A stretch of 64,000 nucleotides of DNA from Sumerlaeia bacterium (lineage in GTDB: Bacteria > Sumerlaeota > Sumerlaeia > SLMS01 > JAHLLQ01): NCBI GenBank assembly GCA_040219255.1, contig JAVJSW010000042.1:179529-243528 (forward strand). Reading direction: 5' to 3'. Under the pieces are notes generated by a model, which worked only from the letters and a program-made list of their open reading frames with translations, was not told where the DNA came from and did not search any database. Each line of letters begins with the position of its first letter. Position 1 is the stretch's first letter. Both the position numbers and the translations under genes were made by a program. This document shows positions 27,915-40,046 of the stretch, one piece after another.

Positions 27915-28233
27915 GGTGTGGCCTTTCGTGATCGCTTCGGTGGCGATCCGGAGAAGAGGTACAATAGAGGAGGCGCCAACTTTGGAATCGTGGCCTGATT
28001 TGTTTTTCAATGAGTGAATCGCCTACCCCCCCATTGACGCGTCAACGTAAAACGGTTTGGAATAGAGTCATAACGCATTCGCTAAATTGCTGTTGTTGTT
28101 TGGTGCGAGAGATGCAGTGGGACTTCCCCACTTCCCCCCCCCCGCTAAAAATCCCCCCTTGAGGAACACCCGCGCCCTCGCGACGCTCTCACCCAGAGAC
28201 GACACCCGCTCCACGGAATTTTCCCGTCCCCCC

Positions 28234-30063
28234 ATGACCGACCACGATCCCGATGCCACGGTGCCTTTTGGCTCTGGCGAAACGCACAAGAACCTGGATA
28301 GCTACGATTTGCCCTCGCTGGTGGGGCGGACGCTCGATGAGCGCTACGATGTGGATGAATTGATCGGCATGGGCGCCATGGGGGCGGTGTATCGCGCACG
28401 CCAGAATCGGTTGCGGCGCACGGTGGCGCTAAAGGTGCCGAAGCCGGCGCTGCTGCTGAATCCCGATTTCCTCGGCCGGTTCGAGCGCGAAGCGCTGACG
28501 ATGGCCAAGTTGGTCCACCAGAACATCGTCCAGATCTTCGACGTTTATATCGGCAAGAGCACCGGCGAGCCAAGCTTCATCGCCATGGAGTACGTGGAGG
28601 GCATGGAACTGACGCGGTTCCTGGAACTGCAAGACCGCAGCCTGACCGTGGCTGCCGTGGTGGATTTGCTGAAGCAGGTGGCCAAGGGCATCGACGCCGC
28701 CCACGAGCGCGGCGTGATTCACCGCGACATCAAGCCCCAGAACATCATGGTCACGATGCCGCAACGCATCCCGAAGATCATGGATTTCGGCATCGCGAAG
28801 GTGGAAATGGAGGGTGCCTTTGAAACGGCGACTCCCTCGGCCATGGGCACGCCGGCCTATATGGCGCCGGAGCAAATCCAGGGCGGCGAGGTGACACCCC
28901 AGGCTGACATCTACGCCTTTGCCGTGATGGTGTACCGGGTTCTTTGCGGCAAGCTGCCCTATGACGTGAACGGCGGCGTGCAGAACCTACTGTACGCCCA
29001 CGTCCACGACCGGCCGGTGCCGATTTCGGTGCGTAACCCGTTGTTTTCCAAGGAACTGGACAAGGCGTTCGGCACCGCCCTGGAGAAGGTGGCGCAGAAA
29101 CGGCCGCGGGACGCGTCGCACTTCATGGCGGCGGTCGAGCGGGCGCTGGCGCCATTGATGGGGCGGCCCTACGCGGTGTTGCTGGAGGGCACAGGGCAGG
29201 GGGCGGCATCGCGATCGTCATCCGGGATCCCGGTGGCCCTGGCCGAGGCGACGGGCGCCATCCGGCGCCGGCCCGGTCCGGCGCTGCTGGTGGCGGGGGT
29301 GCTGGCGCTGCTGTTCTGCGTGGTGGGATCGGCGGTGGCCTGGGTGGCTTTTCTGAGGCCGGACACAAAGCCGGACGAGCCAGGGCCGGTGCTGATGGTG
29401 GACAAGGGCCCGGTAATCAAAGCCCCCCGGGCAACGCCCACACCCTCGCCCACCGCGACCCCGGCGGTGACTCCGACGCCGACCGCGACGCCTGAACCGA
29501 CCTCGGAATCTTCCGCTCCCGCGGAGACGGCGGAGCCGTCTCCCGAACCAACGCCATCGCCCTCCCCCACGGCGACTTCCGAGCCCACGCCCACGCCCCG
29601 GCCGACCCCATCGCCGACGCCCACGGCCATCGCGAACCGGGCCCAGGTGCGGCGGTTGCAGGACGACATCACGGCGGCGCTCGACGCCCAGGTCGAGAAA
29701 CCGGCGTTCCGGGGGGATTTCTCGCCGGAGAACAACGCCCTCGCCCGCATGGAGGGCGCGGCGCCAGAGGCTCTCATCGCTCTGGTCCGCCGCACCGACG
29801 CGACGCACGACCGCCACAACCTGACGCTGCGCGTTCGCGACGACTCGCTGTTTTGGGAGGACCGGGCGGAGTTGCAACTCGAGGTGCGGCTGCGGGCCCA
29901 TCCGCGCGGCCACCGCGACCGCCAGTATTTCGAAACGGTTTTCCTTTCCCCCTCCGCCTGGGTTATGAGTATCGTGCGCGACGCCGACGGTTCGTGGCGG
30001 CCGGTGACTCTGGAAGCCCGCCCCGACGACCCCATCTACTCGACCGCAGGACCCCGCCCATGA
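28234..30063 (+). CDS. Hanks-type Ser/Thr protein kinase with TM segment, Pro/Thr-rich linker and extracytoplasmic domain
   Basis: IGMGAMGAVY, VALK, HRDIKPQN, DFG, GTPAYMAPEQ, ADIY; TM ALLVAGVLALLFCVVG; (PT)n linker. Confidence 0.92.
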   Translation: MTDHDPDATVPFGSGETHKNLDSYDLPSLVGRTLDERYDVDELIGMGAMGAVYRARQNRLRRTVALKVPKPALLLNPDFLGRFEREALTMAKLVHQNIVQIFDVYIGKSTGEPSFIAMEYVEGMELTRFLELQDRSLTVAAVVDLLKQVAKGIDAAHERGVIHRDIKPQNIMVTMPQRIPKIMDFGIAKVEMEGAFETATPSAMGTPAYMAPEQIQGGEVTPQADIYAFAVMVYRVLCGKLPYDVNGGVQNLLYAHVHDRPVPISVRNPLFSKELDKAFGTALEKVAQKRPRDASHFMAAVERALAPLMGRPYAVLLEGTGQGAASRSSSGIPVALAEATGAIRRRPGPALLVAGVLALLFCVVGSAVAWVAFLRPDTKPDEPGPVLMVDKGPVIKAPRATPTPSPTATPAVTPTPTATPEPTSESSAPAETAEPSPEPTPSPSPTATSEPTPTPRPTPSPTPTAIANRAQVRRLQDDITAALDAQVEKPAFRGDFSPENNALARMEGAAPEALIALVRRTDATHDRHNLTLRVRDDSLFWEDRAELQLEVRLRAHPRGHRDRQYFETVFLSPSAWVMSIVRDADGSWRPVTLEARPDDPIYSTAGPRP

Positions 30064-30437
30064 CCCCCTTCTCCCCCGCCCGCCTCGCGAAACCCCTGAC
30101 GAAACTGGCTTTCCTGGCCGCCGCCGCGATGGTGCTGGCCGGCTGCATCGGCATCTACGACAACCGCAAAGTCTTCCAGCCGGGCCCAAACCGCGGCATG
30201 GAAGAGCGCGAACTCCTCCGCCAATACGGCACCCCGGCCTATTCGGGATTCGTCGAGGACGAAAAGGTTTATATCTACAAAGTCCGCCAGCAGGGCTACT
30301 ACGTCCTGGTGGGGATTTACGATGGGTATGACTTGGTCGTGTTCTGCGACGACGGCCGCGTGACGGACGTGCAGCAGGCGCCGCTGGGAACGAACTTCAG
30401 CTTCTTGAACCCGGTGCCGTGGGCGGTGGCGGAGTGA
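30060..30437 (+). CDS. Small lipoprotein (SmpA/BamE-like)
   Basis: ATGA overlap with the kinase stop; lipobox LAGC; GM...ELLRQYGTP...YIY. Confidence 0.7.
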   Translation: MTPFSPARLAKPLTKLAFLAAAAMVLAGCIGIYDNRKVFQPGPNRGMEERELLRQYGTPAYSGFVEDEKVYIYKVRQQGYYVLVGIYDGYDLVVFCDDGRVTDVQQAPLGTNFSFLNPVPWAVAE

Positions 30438-30444
30438 GGGGGGA

Positions 30445-30792
30445 GTGTTGATTGTGAGCAAGGTCGAAATTCCAGAAGAATATGTTCATAGAACGTTTCA
30501 ACTGTGGAATTATGACGTCTCACATGGGCATTTACTGATTCGAAGCCCAAAGCGAAACGATGATGCAGTCAATGTCGATGTCGTCGTTTTCGGGGTCCAA
30601 TTCGTTTCCCTTCCTCGTTTTCTTCGAGGATTGAGGATTCAAAAACTCGAAGAAGTGCCGAGTGCATACCAGGAATATGCTAGCAATGAGGCGGACAAGG
30701 CCTTTCGGCTGGAGTCAAGGAACGATAACTTCCTGATTATAGCCTGCTCGCTCGAGATCCAAATCAACGAAGACGACATCTTTACCGCTTGA
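30445..30792 (+). CDS. Hypothetical protein, possible polymorphic-toxin immunity protein
   Basis: AT-richer ORF; RTFQLWNYDVSHGHLLIRSPK...NVDVVVFGV. Start may be GTG 30454. Confidence 0.55.
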   Translation: MLIVSKVEIPEEYVHRTFQLWNYDVSHGHLLIRSPKRNDDAVNVDVVVFGVQFVSLPRFLRGLRIQKLEEVPSAYQEYASNEADKAFRLESRNDNFLIIACSLEIQINEDDIFTA

Positions 30793-30831
30793 TTTCGACG
30801 GAGGATTCTAAACGGATTGCAGGATGGGTCT

Positions 30832-31332
30832 ATGGATATTAATCTGATTGAGTCGGGACTTGTCTTTGCCATGCCCCTAGATGGGAACAGGTTCAGCTTC
30901 GGCCAGATCATCAAGACTCAAGTCCGCATTCACTACATGGCCGGGTTCGACCTCTTGAAGTCGGAACCTTGGATTGATAGCTCAGAGGAACTGGCGATGG
31001 CTCAAGTGGTCGCACTTGGAGACTTCTTCGACATTTTGCTCAAGCTTGGACGCTGGCAGCCAGTTGGTACCTTCGAATGCCCGCCAGTTTCTCTTCCCTT
31101 TTTCAAAGTCAAGATCGGCGAGGACTACTTTGTCGAGTCGTGGGATAGATCGTGGACGCGAGTTGCAACTGAGGAGGAAGTGAGAATTCTTGGCTTTCGG
31201 TCACATAAAGCACCAATCATTTTGGAAAACGCTATCAAATGGCACTTCAACCTTGAGCCGCACCATGTTTTTTTTGACTCTCTCTCTCCAGTGAGAATAC
31301 ATGAAATTTCAAGATTCTTTTCTCACGAATAG
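30832..31332 (+). CDS. Imm26-like immunity protein
   Basis: N-terminal GLVFAMPLDGNRFSFGQI resembles the Imm26 GDxFxIPL...GQV pattern; AT-richer. Confidence 0.55.
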   Translation: MDINLIESGLVFAMPLDGNRFSFGQIIKTQVRIHYMAGFDLLKSEPWIDSSEELAMAQVVALGDFFDILLKLGRWQPVGTFECPPVSLPFFKVKIGEDYFVESWDRSWTRVATEEEVRILGFRSHKAPIILENAIKWHFNLEPHHVFFDSLSPVRIHEISRFFSHE

Positions 31333-31453
31333 GTAGTTTGCGAAACAGGCGATAAAGTGCTAGTCTTTGCTTTTCTGTATGCCAGCCAACTTTCCCCACC
31401 CCACCCCCCTTGACTCCTGGACCCTTCTGAGGTCATCTATCCTCCCATACTGA

Positions 31454-33181
<1,728 letters not shown>

Positions 33182-33331
33182 TCCTCGGCGCTGACGCCTG
33201 AGAAACGCGCGAGAAGCCGCTGGATGTCGCCCATGTCCGGCGGTTACTTTTTAGTTGGAGAACGAACCGCTTGCCGCTGTGGAGGCGATTGCGCTTGCGT
33301 TGACGATCAATCCTTTGGCCGAGGGAAAACC

Positions 33332-34951
33332 ATGCCCACAACCGATCTCCTCATCATCGGCGGCGGAATCGCCGGCTGCGCGGCGGCTCTGGCCGCGGCG
33401 GACGCCGGGTTGGACGTCACCGTGGTGACCAATTCCAAGGCGGTGAAGGAGGGATCGAACACGGCGTGGGCCCAGGGCGGGATCGTGTACACGGGCGTGG
33501 GGGACTCGCCCGATCTGCTGGCCCGCGACATTCACGACGCGGGGGCGGGAATTTGCTGGGAGCCAGCGGTGCGTCAGCTGGCCGAGTTGGGGCCGAAGCT
33601 GGTGAAGAGCATCCTGATCGACCGCTGCGCGACGCCGTTCGACGCGGACGAAGCGGGCGAGCCCCATCGCACGGAAGAAGCCGCCCACAGCGTGCCGCGC
33701 ATTCTGCATGTGGGCGATTACACCGGTACCGCCATCGCGCGTCACCTGGGCCAGGAAGTCACCGCCACCGGCGGCGTGCGGGTTCTGACGAACGCCACGT
33801 CGGTCGATCTGATTTTGCGCGGGTATCATACGGAATCGCCGACGGACATCTATGGCCGCCCCCGTTGCCTTGGCGCCTACATTCTGGATCAGACCACGGG
33901 CGAGGTGGAGCCCTGGGTCGCGGGGGAAACGCTGCTGGCGACGGGGGGGCTGGGCCAGGTGTTCCTGCACACGACAAACCCGAGGCTGTCGCGGGGCGAC
34001 GGTCTGGCGATGGCCTATCGCGCCGGGGCGCGGGTGATTCAATTGGAGTACGTCCAGTTCCACCCGACGGCTTTCTATCATCAGTTGGCGCCGCGCTATT
34101 TGCTGACAGAGGCGCTGCGCGGCGAGGGCGCGCGGCTGATCGACGGCGACGGGCACGAGTTCATGCCGAAGTACCATGAACTCGCCGCGCTGGCGCCGCG
34201 CGATGTGGTGGCGCGAGGCATCCACGAGGAAATGCTGCGCCGCGGCGAACCCTGTATGTACCTCGACATCACCCACCGCGACACGGCGTGGCTGCACGAC
34301 CGCTTTCCGAAAATCACAGCGTTTCTCAAGGATTGGGGGCTGGACCTGGGCAAGGATCCAATCCCCGTCGTCCCGGCGGCGCATTACGCCTGCGGCGGGG
34401 TCAGCGTGGACCTGGAGGGCCGCACCAACGTCACCGGTCTGCGGGCCGCGGGCGAAGTGACCTGCACCGGCGTTCACGGCGCCAATCGCTTGGCCAGCAC
34501 GTCGCTCCTCGAAGGGCTTGTGTGGGGATGGCGGGCTGGCCAGAGCGTGGCGGGATGCCGCGCGGAAAACCCCGTTCCGCCGATCGCCGAGATCCTCCCC
34601 TGGCGTCTCGAGCGGGAAGAGGTGGACCCCGCCTTGATCCAGCAGGATTGGATGACGATCCGCCAGACGATGTGGAACTATGTCGGTCTGGTGCGGACGA
34701 CTCGGCGCATGAACCGGGCGCTGAAGATCCTGCGGGGGTTGCAGTTCGACATCGAAACCTTCTATCGTCGCGCGGAATTGACGGACGAGTTGATCGGCCT
34801 GCGCAACGGCGCCCAGGCGGCTATCGCGATCACGCATCAGGCGCTGCGCAATCGCACCAGCCGCGGAACGCACTACCGTGTGGACGACGACCCGAGAATG
34901 GAAGTCCGGCCTCAATTCACGCCCCAGGCTGTTTCGGGGACCAACGGCTAG
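33332..34951 (+). CDS. nadB: L-aspartate oxidase
   Basis: IIGGGIAG, WAQGGI, EAAHSVPRILH, QFHPT, TEALRGEG, LAPRDVVAR, AAHYACGG, HGANRLASTSLLEG. Confidence 0.93.
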   Translation: MPTTDLLIIGGGIAGCAAALAAADAGLDVTVVTNSKAVKEGSNTAWAQGGIVYTGVGDSPDLLARDIHDAGAGICWEPAVRQLAELGPKLVKSILIDRCATPFDADEAGEPHRTEEAAHSVPRILHVGDYTGTAIARHLGQEVTATGGVRVLTNATSVDLILRGYHTESPTDIYGRPRCLGAYILDQTTGEVEPWVAGETLLATGGLGQVFLHTTNPRLSRGDGLAMAYRAGARVIQLEYVQFHPTAFYHQLAPRYLLTEALRGEGARLIDGDGHEFMPKYHELAALAPRDVVARGIHEEMLRRGEPCMYLDITHRDTAWLHDRFPKITAFLKDWGLDLGKDPIPVVPAAHYACGGVSVDLEGRTNVTGLRAAGEVTCTGVHGANRLASTSLLEGLVWGWRAGQSVAGCRAENPVPPIAEILPWRLEREEVDPALIQQDWMTIRQTMWNYVGLVRTTRRMNRALKILRGLQFDIETFYRRAELTDELIGLRNGAQAAIAITHQALRNRTSRGTHYRVDDDPRMEVRPQFTPQAVSGTNG

Positions 34952-35057
34952 AGGGGCGTTTTTCCCGCCGCAGGGGCGGAAAAGCCTCGCCCTGATCGCC
35001 ATTGTCCCTGATTGTAACCCGGCGTCTGACACCAAACCGCCGGGGAGCTTCCAACTC

Positions 35058-35330
35058 GTGGCCGAAATCACCATCCGCCTCGTATACAATCTGAAGTCTG
35101 GGAAGAAGGATATCTACATCGACCTGGAGTCGGAGCCCGACGCGCTGCCAATCGAGCACGAGCGCGACCATCGCAACGTTGTGGAGAAGTTGCTGGGCAA
35201 AGGCATCCTGAAGGAAGACGAAGTGGGCGAGGTGAAGGTTTCCCGCGTCGAGCCCCAAACCGCCCCGCAGGCCCCCAACCGCCAGGAAGAGGAGCCGCCT
35301 CAGGGCCAGACCCAGGGGGCCGGACGCTAA
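35058..35330 (+). CDS. Small protein resembling a component of MoxR-vWA 'FtsH ternary' systems
   Basis: GGGGAG RBS and GTG start; MAEITIRLVYNLKSGKKDIYIDLESEPDALPIEHERDH; ends 7 nt before the 1065-aa ORF. Confidence 0.65.
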   Translation: MAEITIRLVYNLKSGKKDIYIDLESEPDALPIEHERDHRNVVEKLLGKGILKEDEVGEVKVSRVEPQTAPQAPNRQEEEPPQGQTQGAGR

Positions 35331-35337
35331 CCGTTTC

Positions 35338-38300
35338 GTGAGCACCGGACATTCTCGGATGATGCTTTCAGCTTTGCTCGGTCAACAATCCACTACGCGG
35401 CGCAAGATGCTGCTCTTCGAGGACCCGCTCGCCTTCTGCGATTTCGTGCGGGTGCAGGGCAGCGGCGCCCAAAGCACTCGGGGCTACACGCTGTTGCGGC
35501 TGCGAGCCGCCAACCGGCCCCAGATTGTGCTGCTGGGCCTGATCGGCTATGCGCCTTCTCAAAAAACCCTGGAAACGATCAGCGCCCGACAGGTCGAAGC
35601 CGACATCGAAGCCGACGGGGCGGGTCAGTGGAAAGAGCCCGCCACCGGCGCCGATCAGCCCTTTCGCGTCCTCGGGGCCGAGACCGGCCATACGCTGCTG
35701 GAAATGGTGGCCTTGTCGCCCTGGCGAGGCGAGCCAGTCGATATCGGCTTCACGCTGTTCTGGTTGCGGCGGGACGATTTGCTGGCCGACCTAGTGCGCG
35801 ACAGCCTGCGTCTGGGCAACGATCGGATGCGGTATGCGCGGGTTTCCGGTGCCGATGAAGAGTCGGCCCTGCTGCTGCGCGTCGAAGGACCCTCGTATTT
35901 TCTTGTCCAACAATACCGCGAGGATCACCCGGGCGATGTGGAGGTCTATCACCCCCAGGCGGAAGACCTTTACCTACCTTGGGGTTACGATCATCCACTG
36001 GCGGACCTGTGGCGCCTGTCGCGAATGCCACGGGATCAATCCTGGACAGTGTTTCTGGCGGACGGTTCGCACCTGGCGATCGTCCCTCCCCGATGGCTGG
36101 ACATTTACGATGCCATGGCCTTCGAATTGGCACTGTCGCCCACGCCGAACTGGCGCCAGGACGACGCCCGCGCCCTGCGCTTTCCCGTGCCGCTGCGGCT
36201 TGAGAAGAAGGCCAAGCGGGACGAACCGGAACTGTGGATGTTGGGGCCGGGCGACTTGCCCCGGCTTGAACGGCTTCTGGCCGGCACGGACCAGGAGGAC
36301 ATCGCGAATATTCAACTGAGCATCCATCGCACGGATGGTGGCGATCCCGTCTTCTTTCTTCGCGAGCGCGTCGAGAAAGGCGGAGCGAACCGCAAATTCC
36401 TCGATTTCGGTGGCATGGCGCTGGCCAGCTACAAGGGGTTCAAAAACTTGCTCCTGCCGGCCGGTTCGAATTTGCAGCCTCAACTGCGGCGCGACGCCTA
36501 CCGGCCCCTCTTCGAACTGAGGCCGGGGGTTCTGACACTTTTGCTGCCGGCGGAAGGCGACGGCGGGATGCCCCGCGTCGCGCGGGTTCGCGAGGAATCG
36601 TTCGAGCCCTTCGACCGCTTGATCGATTACCTCGCCACCGAGCATCAGCAGGCTTTGGAAGAAGTCGTGGGGGCGAGCGTCTTCGACATCGGGCACTACG
36701 CCACGTCGCCGCCCGCCGGCGGTCTCGAACGGCCCAAGCCTCGAGCCGTCAAGCAGGACAGCGTTGCGGAAGAAGAGCCGGAGGAAGATGGGAAACTGGT
36801 ACCGGCAAATGGCCCGAGAGCGGACAATGCCAGGCTGCCCGAGTTGCCCCGTGACATCCCGGTGGAAACGGAAATGGACTCGGCGGAGGCCGCGGCGGAG
36901 CGCCATCTGATTCAGGAAGGCCAGACGCTGGAGGGTTGGCGGGAATTGCTGGCGATCAAACGCAGCGCCGGCAAGCAGGCGGAGGCGGCCATCTGCTGTG
37001 TGCAGGCGCTTTGGCTCGCCGAGGAAGACCCTCAGGCCGAGACGGACTTGCTCCGCACCTGGCGGACGCTGATCCAGCCGCGCAAGTCCCAGCCCGCCGC
37101 AGACGACCCGCTGCCCACCCAATTGGCGATGCGTATTCTGGATGGGCGCGGACTTCCGCCGGAAGACATCGACGGCTGGGTCGCGAAAACGGCGCCGAAC
37201 CTGAAGCAGGCCGAGGAACGCCTGTCGATGAAGAGCCGCTGGCTGCTCTGGCGCGAAATCCTGCGGCAGAACCGCGACGTCCGCGAACTGGCGCGCCTTC
37301 GTGAAGCGTTCCAGAAACGCATCACGAACGAAGGCCTTTCCCTGGAAGAAATTCCGAACTTCCTGCGCACCCGGCTGTTCCTGGACAAGAGTCTCTCGGA
37401 AAACACGGCGGACGAAGAAACGCGCCGCGACCTAGGTGCTGCGATGGAAAATCTGCGCGTTCTCCTCGCCAGCCTTCCCCTCGACCATCCGGTTCTTTCG
37501 CCGGTGCTCAAGGCCACGGTGGCCCGTGGATACGCCCGGTCCCTCGGAGAGTCGGAGCGAGCTGGCCACCTGTTCAACGAAGCCAACGAGGGCGCGAACG
37601 GAAATCCGGCCCTGCTGGCCTGGATCGCGCTCTTCGCCGCCCACGCCTACGAGCATTCGCCCCAACTGGCAACCGACATGCTCGACCGCTACCGGCGCTC
37701 GGTGGAGGAGCTTCCCCCCTCGGACAAGCGCGAGTTGAAGACGCTGGAGGACTCTCTGGTCGAACGAGAGAAGAACGACAACCCGGCGGCGCTGCTGACC
37801 GCCGACAACGCCTCGCGCTTCTACCCCAGCGGCGGCCGCTTCAGCACCGGACCGGCTCACACGCTGGCGGAAAACCTGACCGCCGCCTACACCGAAGCGG
37901 ACGTGCCGCGCATGATCGAACTGCTGCGCCAGGCGATGACGGACCAGGCGCTCCTCACGAGCGAGGAATTGGTCGTCGTGACGCGGCTGATCGAGGTCGT
38001 CCAGGATGGGCTGGGCCGGCTCAAGTTCGACCGGCGCGCCTTCGCCCTGCGACAGAGCTATCCGGATTTCGCCGCCGCGATGCAGAAACTGGGCAAGGGA
38101 GCCCCAGACCCTTTCTTCCCCGTGCTCAAGGACATCCACCTGATGCAGGGCATGATCCGGCTGGATTTCAACGATCAGGCCGCCGCCTTGGCACGGGACG
38201 TGATCGACCGCGCCGGCCAATTGAAAGTGACGCTGGATTTTGTCGACGCGACGGCGGCGGTGCTGCGGGCCATCGAGGAATTCCCCCTGGCCGCCCGCAC

Positions 38301-38535
38301 CGAATTGCTTCGACTCGTGGGCCAGGGTCTCGCCCGCCAGGTGGCCGAGCACGCCAACCAGATCAGCACCGGCAGCGGCACCACGGTTCAGCTTTTCCGA
38401 CTGCTCGATCAGGCGGTCGAGGCAGCCGTCAGCAAAGAGAAGGTGGCCATGGGTCTCTACCGCGATTACGCGCAGCAGGACGAGTTCCTGATCCTGGAGC
38501 GTGTGCTGCGCGAGGACCTTTGCGGCGGGCCTTAA
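35338..38535 (+). CDS. Large protein (1065 aa): globular N-half and alpha-helical C-half; probable ternary-system component
   Basis: Long ORF with host-like codon bias; LYLPWGYDHPL, FPVPLRL, NLLLPAGSNLQPQLRRD. Family call is from recall, not a search. Confidence 0.7.
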   Translation: MSTGHSRMMLSALLGQQSTTRRKMLLFEDPLAFCDFVRVQGSGAQSTRGYTLLRLRAANRPQIVLLGLIGYAPSQKTLETISARQVEADIEADGAGQWKEPATGADQPFRVLGAETGHTLLEMVALSPWRGEPVDIGFTLFWLRRDDLLADLVRDSLRLGNDRMRYARVSGADEESALLLRVEGPSYFLVQQYREDHPGDVEVYHPQAEDLYLPWGYDHPLADLWRLSRMPRDQSWTVFLADGSHLAIVPPRWLDIYDAMAFELALSPTPNWRQDDARALRFPVPLRLEKKAKRDEPELWMLGPGDLPRLERLLAGTDQEDIANIQLSIHRTDGGDPVFFLRERVEKGGANRKFLDFGGMALASYKGFKNLLLPAGSNLQPQLRRDAYRPLFELRPGVLTLLLPAEGDGGMPRVARVREESFEPFDRLIDYLATEHQQALEEVVGASVFDIGHYATSPPAGGLERPKPRAVKQDSVAEEEPEEDGKLVPANGPRADNARLPELPRDIPVETEMDSAEAAAERHLIQEGQTLEGWRELLAIKRSAGKQAEAAICCVQALWLAEEDPQAETDLLRTWRTLIQPRKSQPAADDPLPTQLAMRILDGRGLPPEDIDGWVAKTAPNLKQAEERLSMKSRWLLWREILRQNRDVRELARLREAFQKRITNEGLSLEEIPNFLRTRLFLDKSLSENTADEETRRDLGAAMENLRVLLASLPLDHPVLSPVLKATVARGYARSLGESERAGHLFNEANEGANGNPALLAWIALFAAHAYEHSPQLATDMLDRYRRSVEELPPSDKRELKTLEDSLVEREKNDNPAALLTADNASRFYPSGGRFSTGPAHTLAENLTAAYTEADVPRMIELLRQAMTDQALLTSEELVVVTRLIEVVQDGLGRLKFDRRAFALRQSYPDFAAAMQKLGKGAPDPFFPVLKDIHLMQGMIRLDFNDQAAALARDVIDRAGQLKVTLDFVDATAAVLRAIEEFPLAARTELLRLVGQGLARQVAEHANQISTGSGTTVQLFRLLDQAVEAAVSKEKVAMGLYRDYAQQDEFLILERVLREDLCGGP

Positions 38536-40046
38536 CCGGTCACCGTCTGACCCGCGACGGCGCGAACGATGCGGTTTTTCAGCTCCACCCATTCCCCCCA
38601 ATCCATGCGGTCGAGCGGCAACCGGAACGGGTTCGCCCTCTCCTCGCTCTTCCCGCCGCGGTCTGCTCCAATGGGAAGGGTCAACCCATTCAGTTCCGGA
38701 TTCTCCTGGAAGAGCCGGTGCCAGAACGCTTCCCGGCCCATCGTCATGACCAGGGTATAGACTTTGCGTTTTGGCTCCCGCAAGTTCTCCGGACCCAGAC
38801 TTGCAGCCATTCGAAAATCCACCAGCCCGTGGGAGACTGCGTCGGCCAGCAAGACCCGCATCACAGCCGCCTCACCCGCGATGTCCTCTCCCCCGCCGCC
38901 GGTGTCGAGGTAATGAAAAACGCCTTGCACGGCATCATGCTCGAACACGGTGAAGAGATCGGTCAGAACACGGAGGAAAAGGCTCTGGGCCAGGATGCAA
39001 AACTGATAGTCGTGCCCTCGCGACTTGACCGTGAAGGCGTCGCCCAGATCGAGGATCAAATGGATGGTGCGCCGCTTGCGGCGCAGGGCGCCTTCGTCGC
39101 GAACGTAGAAGAGCAGTTCGCCCTCCACAAACCGCAGGTCGAAGAGGCTGATCTCTTTGCCCTTCTCCATATAAATGAGTTCGGAGAGGACGAGGTTTTC
39201 GAAACTTCCCCGGTTCGTCAATTCCGCCAGACCGCCCATGGGATAGTGGGTTTCGTCCACAAAGGCCGTTTCCGTGTCGGCCTCCGGTTCGATGATCGCC
39301 ACCGCGTGCTTGTCGAGGGCCCCGAGCCGGCGGTTGGCTTCGATGATCTGGCGGCAGCCGATGCGCAAGTGATCGGTCGAGAGCGCCTCCCAATGGTTGA
39401 GTTCGAAAATGTCTTCATCCTGGAGCAATCGGCCCCAGCGCACGGTTTCGGAAACGCTCTGGAGGAAGGATCGCAGGGAGTCTTGAAAGCCCTGATTATC
39501 CTTCGCTTGCGCATCGAATTCGGCGCAGTGAGAGGCCAACGCCGGTGGAGTCAATTGCTCCGCCCCGGGGATTTCCAGGTGGCGCAGCGCCGCCGGATTC
39601 AGGCGCGTCACCGCGGGCCAACAGGGCGCCAGCGGTTGCAACACGATCAGGAGAAGCCGGGCGAGTTGTTCGGTTCGGAAGGGAGAATGGGTCAGCGCCT
39701 CGATCGTTTCGGAAACGCCCGGCGCCTGGAGCAGGCGGCCCGGCACTTCGCGTTCGTAGCGCAGGCGCAATCCGCGCTCCGCCTCGGGCCATTGGGTGAA
39801 CTGCCGATCCGATGCGAAGGGGGTCTGGAAGCCCCGCTCCAGCACCATCGCCAGGTCCACGATCATGAAAAAGGGCAGGTGGAAATGGCCCTGACCCACG
39901 GCCGCGCGATAGGCCATGAGGGCCCGTTCGAGGAACTTGCCCTCCACATCCCGCCAACGTGTGGCGGACCAATAGAGAGAGCCCAGGACGTACTGCGGCA
40001 GCCGTTTGTGCGAGAGCGGTTTCATGGCGAACGGCCAGGGGATCAA
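38532..40046 (-). CDS. Divergent vWA-like partner of MoxR ATPase
   Basis: Coupled to the ATPase by a TTGA overlap; YPMGGLAELTNRGSFENLVLSELIYME...LFDLRFVEGELLFYVRDE, then HLILDLGD (degenerate MIDAS position). Confidence 0.65.
   Translation of the reverse strand: MIPWPFAMKPLSHKRLPQYVLGSLYWSATRWRDVEGKFLERALMAYRAAVGQGHFHLPFFMIVDLAMVLERGFQTPFASDRQFTQWPEAERGLRLRYEREVPGRLLQAPGVSETIEALTHSPFRTEQLARLLLIVLQPLAPCWPAVTRLNPAALRHLEIPGAEQLTPPALASHCAEFDAQAKDNQGFQDSLRSFLQSVSETVRWGRLLQDEDIFELNHWEALSTDHLRIGCRQIIEANRRLGALDKHAVAIIEPEADTETAFVDETHYPMGGLAELTNRGSFENLVLSELIYMEKGKEISLFDLRFVEGELLFYVRDEGALRRKRRTIHLILDLGDAFTVKSRGHDYQFCILAQSLFLRVLTDLFTVFEHDAVQGVFHYLDTGGGGEDIAGEAAVMRVLLADAVSHGLVDFRMAASLGPENLREPKRKVYTLVMTMGREAFWHRLFQENPELNGLTLPIGADRGGKSEERANPFRLPLDRMDWGEWVELKNRIVRAVAGQTVTG

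Noticed and set aside
29430-29625. Repetitive CCGACGCC/ACGCC tract
   Set aside because: It encodes the Pro/Thr-rich linker of the Ser/Thr kinase. There is no constant repeat with unique spacers, so it is not CRISPR or a mobile repeat.
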